DNA of 64,000 nt from the human T2T-CHM13v2.0 reference genome, Homo sapiens. The first letter of the stretch is position 1; each line of letters opens with the position of its first letter. The translations under genes were made by a program, and so were the position numbers. The notes below the pieces were generated by a model. That model worked only from the letters and a program-made list of their open reading frames with translations. It searched no databases and had not been told where the DNA came from. The stretch lies in the NCBI RefSeq assembly GCF_009914755.1, contig NC_060934.1; one strand, 5' to 3'. This document shows positions 59,775 through 64,000 of the stretch, one piece after another.

Positions 59775-61443
59775 TGAAGCTTTGATAGGCTTCATTACAT
59801 GCAGTTTCTCCTAAGCATAAAACTCCCTCTGAAAGCAACAGGACTTAGAAAGGACAAAAACCATGGAAAGCATCAACTGTGTGTTCAGTGCTGGATGTCA
59901 TATTTAAGGACTGTGAAACATAGGGAAACTTACAGCACCTTCCTTACCCTGAATTCACAGACAAATCAAAGCATTTGGCATTGGCAGCAGGCTTGGATTC
60001 CAGGCAATTCCAGAACCAGTCTAGATGCCTATGGGAGCACCGTCTCACCTACTGCTTTACCGAATGAAGACCTTGTGTAATCCATCCACTCCCATCCTCA
60101 TTCAAGACACAGAGATTTCAGCATAGATAACAGGATATTCCCAGGCTTCACTTTTAACAGGACATTGGTGATTTTCACTGTGCCCCTTGGCATATGTAAT
60201 GACTATAATTCATATGCGGATTCTTAATGAGAAAAATTTACAAATTACTGTTCAAAGTAAATTATGTTGTCTATGCAACCACTGCCTAAGCTAGAGGAAA
60301 GGGTAGGCTGGGTGTGGAAGTGAGCAACTCAAGGATATATACAAACAAATATACACAAAAACACACATACGGACACGACTGGTATCTGAAGCGTCGATGA
60401 CTACGCTTGCTCTATTACCTAAAAATAAAGTGCAGCACAGTATAGCTATTCTGGTCTCTATACAATTAAAACTAAGATTGAGAACTCAGATATAACTCTT
60501 TTAAAGGGAATGCTAAATTCAGACTGAAAATGCCTGGCTCATTCATCTATAAACAGAACAATTTGAAACACATTTATTCATTATAAAGCATGCAGAACTT
60601 GGAAGACTATAATCTACTATTTTTAAAGACTGAGCCAAAAAGTACATATTGCTTATACAATATTTCAATTTTTCTTGGACTGAAACACAATAAATACCTC
60701 AACACAGCCTGTGCAAATAAGCAGCTTCAATATTCCTTCAGATTATTCCTAGTGCCTGAATGACTGACTCCACCATGATCCAGCTGCCTCAGGTTGTATT
60801 CACTAATTCTATGCATTCTAACAGACTGTATTTTTGGATGCAACTATACTATATGATTTACAGAAAACAAATCAGTATACCAAGATAAATACACTTCAGT
60901 GTGAAGTTTTAAAGTGCTACCAGAAAGTCAAATCGACTACTTACTCTCCACTCACTTTTTAAATTTTATTTTTTGTAGAGACGAGGTCTCACTATGTTGC
61001 TTAGGCTGGTCTCGAACTCCTGTGCTCAAGTGATCCTCCTGTCTCAGCTTCCCAAAGTGCTAGGATTATAGACGTGAGCCACCATGTCTGGCCTGTCCAC
61101 TGACTTTTAAAATGTTCTACATAGATTTTGCCAAGAACTCCAATATTCAGTGACAATCATTTGAGTCTTCGTGGAGCTTTCAAAATACAGGTCTTTCTGC
61201 TGCCTTGCTGGGCCGTAGCTCAGATGTGGGAAGTAAACAGAATGGTCAAGATTTGGTCGGAATGGTCGGTAAGAGAATGGTCGAGGAAAAAATTCCTGCA
61301 AAATATGTTGCAAAAGGCTGGGCATGGTGGCTCACACCTGTGATCCCAGCACTTTGGGAGGCCAAGGCAGGCGGATCGTTTGAGCTCAGTTCGAGACCAA
61401 CATGGCAAAACCCTGTCTCTACTAAAAATACAAAAATCAGTCA

Positions 61444-61581
<138 letters not shown>

Positions 61582-61665
61582 TCAAAAAAAAAAAAAAAAA
61601 AAAGTTGCAAAACCAGGTCCTCTTACTTTCCCTGCCTTCCTCTGCAACATTCCTTTTGAGATCAG

Positions 61666-61763
61666 TTTTTTTTTTTAATTATACTTTAAGTTTTAGGGTA
61701 CATGTGCACAACGTGCAGGTTTGTTACATATGTATACATGTGCCATGTTGGTGTGCTGCACCC
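61666..61763 (-). mobile_element. ~100-bp young L1PA 3' end, followed by a MER5A-like element (~61765-61930)
   Basis: T-tail plus attatactttaagttttagggtacatgtgcacaacgtgcagg is a near-consensus L1PA 3' terminus. Confidence 0.85.
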
Positions 61764-62514
61764 ATGGTTCTGAAACTTTTTTGGCCATAGCCCCATAGGG
61801 TCCTTATTTAAGATATTCCCAAAGTCCCACACCCCAGAAATTCTGATTCTGTGAATCTGGAAAATCAGGGGCAGGAATGTTGCCTTCTAACACCCCGGGT
61901 GATTCTAACACAGGTGAATCTGGGCCACTATACAATACTGGTTTTTGTTTGCTTGTTGAGACTTGAGTCTGTTTCTTGAGACTGAGTCTCTGTCGCCCAA
62001 GCTGGAGTGCAGTGGTGTGATGGCAGGTTGCTCACTGCAACCTCTATCTCCCGGCTTCAAGCGATTCTCGTGCCTCAGCCTACCCAGTAGCTGGGAATAC
62101 AGGTGTGCGCCACCAAACCCAGCTAATTTTTGTATTTTTAGTAAAGACAGGATTTCACCATGTTGGCAAGTCTGGTCTTGAACTCTGGACCTCTGGTCAT
62201 CTGCCCACCTCGGCCTCCCACAGTGCTGATATTACAGGTGTGAGCCACCATGCCCAGCCAACACTGCTTTAAATACAAATTCTTCCTCTTGGGATCATAA
62301 GACTTACACGGACCTCTAAGTACCCAACATTTTCTCTTTATAAATATCAATCTTCACAAATATTATTTCCTTAAGTACATACTCCACTTAGCTCCCTCCT
62401 CTCAATAGGCCTGCCACTGAGGAAAACACCAGCTCTCACGGCACAGGCTACACTGAAGTTCAGTCATCGTTATTTAAAAAAAAAAAAAAAAAAAAGCTCA
62501 ACAGTAGGTTTATC

Positions 62515-64000
62515 TCACTAGAGGTTTCCAACACACTTTATTTTGCAGACCACTGGTTTGTAGCTTTTGAGGACCAACATCTCTATCAATTCCTATAAAA
62601 TGTCCAATCACTTTCAGTTCCGTAGCAGGCTCTTCCATACTGCACACCATGCTTATGGCTGGAGGTCCAGTTACACATGCATGAAGGCTGCCCTGCCCAC
62701 TGGTTCCTGGAGGAGGGCGCGTCCGAGTTAAAGCCTCTTCCAGGAGCTTGAACTTCCCAGGGGTCATTTCCTTTGGCAAGAAGTCAGTTTACATGTGCAG
62801 CTTTGGTGCCTGTGAGCAGAAAGCACCAGAAATGGGCAGGATGTGCTGCTTTTTCTCTCACGAAGATGGGCACTTGAGGATCCAGCGCCCTTGTGCTTAA
62901 TGACAGGAATCCCTCCTCATTGCTTAGTAGGTTAAAATATAAGGAAGCCTCCACTTTACATAACACAGAGAACACCTTTTTAGATTGCCTATTTATTCTA
63001 GAACTACAAAATTTAATTCAAGAAAATATAGGTCCCATGAAAGACTTAAAAGTTTTATAAAACTAAAATCTAGTTTTTCCCGATAAATTGTACTTTAGGC
63101 AAAACCCTCCCAACGCTTCTAAAATAATACTAAAAGGGGCATCTGATTATACAAGAGCAATTTAAAAAATTAAATATTTATTTGAATAACAAGTTTAAGT
63201 TCGAGCTGCAATGTTGGCAATGCAGGTTTTTAACACAGATCACAAAAAGCGTGCACAAAAAAGTACTGGCGCAAAGGACAAAATAATGCTAAGAATTAGG
63301 CCAAACAGCTGCTGATTTTAAGAAAACAAAAGGCCTGAAATCACTGTACAAAATAGAAAATGTATTAAACACTACCATCCACAGAACAGTCTTTACTATT
63401 GATTATATTTAAAAATTATTTGTGTAATTATATATTGAATTGTAAATGAGTATTATACATGAACCTCCATTCGGAAGGCAATTCCTTGTAGCACTATAGA
63501 ACATCTAATAACATTGCAAAAAGTATCCTTTTTTGCTATCGATAAAACAGTTAATGGTATTACTGTAAATATCAGGAAGGCTACAAAAAAAGAAATAAGA
63601 TTTCTTTTTTGTCTTCAAAGTGTTTTCCATGCAATGAAGCACTTGCTGTGTTGAACTGAATGCACTACTGGAGAATGTTCTGGGTCCGAGATGCTCTTGA
63701 GAGACAAGACTAGGCTTTTCAAATCAAACACTCAAAGGAATCATGCAACCCTCTTATGACTGGGATACCGTCATGTGCCACTTACCAATGCTGTCTCTCC
63801 AGAAAACCATTCAAGACGCTTAAAAAAAAAAATCAGACTTATATGATAAATATACATAAAATGAAGACACCAACTGCTATTTGACACGACTACGGGTAAT
63901 GCCTGTGCTATGTGAAAGCACCTTTAAAAAGCCTATGCGGCAAGAGATAAGTGTCTAAAGATTCAAAATGAATCAACAGTATTGGATAACAATATAATTC
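62515..64000 (-). other. SEPHS1: probable 3' UTR (last exon) of SEPHS1
   Basis: At least 1.5 kb of repeat-free UTR-like sequence with minus-strand AATAAA at 62537-62542 and 63177-63182. Identity inferred from remembered PHYH-SEPHS1 gene order; no coding sequence in the window. Confidence 0.65.

Noticed and set aside
62515-64000. SECIS element or coding ORF (62510-62779) in the presumed SEPHS1 UTR
   Set aside because: Human SEPHS1 is not a selenoprotein (SEPHS2 is); no convincing SECIS seen by eye and the ORF has no recognisable homology.

Overview
Human (primate) genomic DNA, Alu-dense. It contains the complete PHYH gene (phytanoyl-CoA 2-hydroxylase, the adult Refsum disease gene) on the minus strand. 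All nine coding exons were mapped by hand (45094 to 23364; 1017 nt, 338 aa; GT-AG introns; N-terminal PTS2 signal; H175/D177/H264/R275 Fe/2-oxoglutarate residues intact). Upstream of PHYH are a CpG-island promoter, an intronless RBIS (C8orf59) retrocopy with an uninterrupted 100-codon ORF, and, at the right end, what is probably the 3' UTR of SEPHS1 (called from remembered 10p13 gene order). The rest is mostly transposon-derived: many Alus, a 5'-truncated HERV9/LTR12 provirus, LTR15-like, LTR2B-like and MaLR LTRs, L1, MIR and hAT MITEs. I found no evidence for a new multi-gene system. The most notable unexplained structures are: (1) an old local duplication of the PHYH promoter/intron-1 region; (2) an Alu flanked by a ~215-bp direct repeat that includes the RBIS retrocopy tail; (3) four Alus stacked at one target site, with a paralogous empty site 6 kb away; (4) a one-LTR ERV9 with a 4-bp duplication inside an Alu; (5) several templated palindromes. 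Repeat subfamily names come from memory of consensus sequences and were not checked by search.
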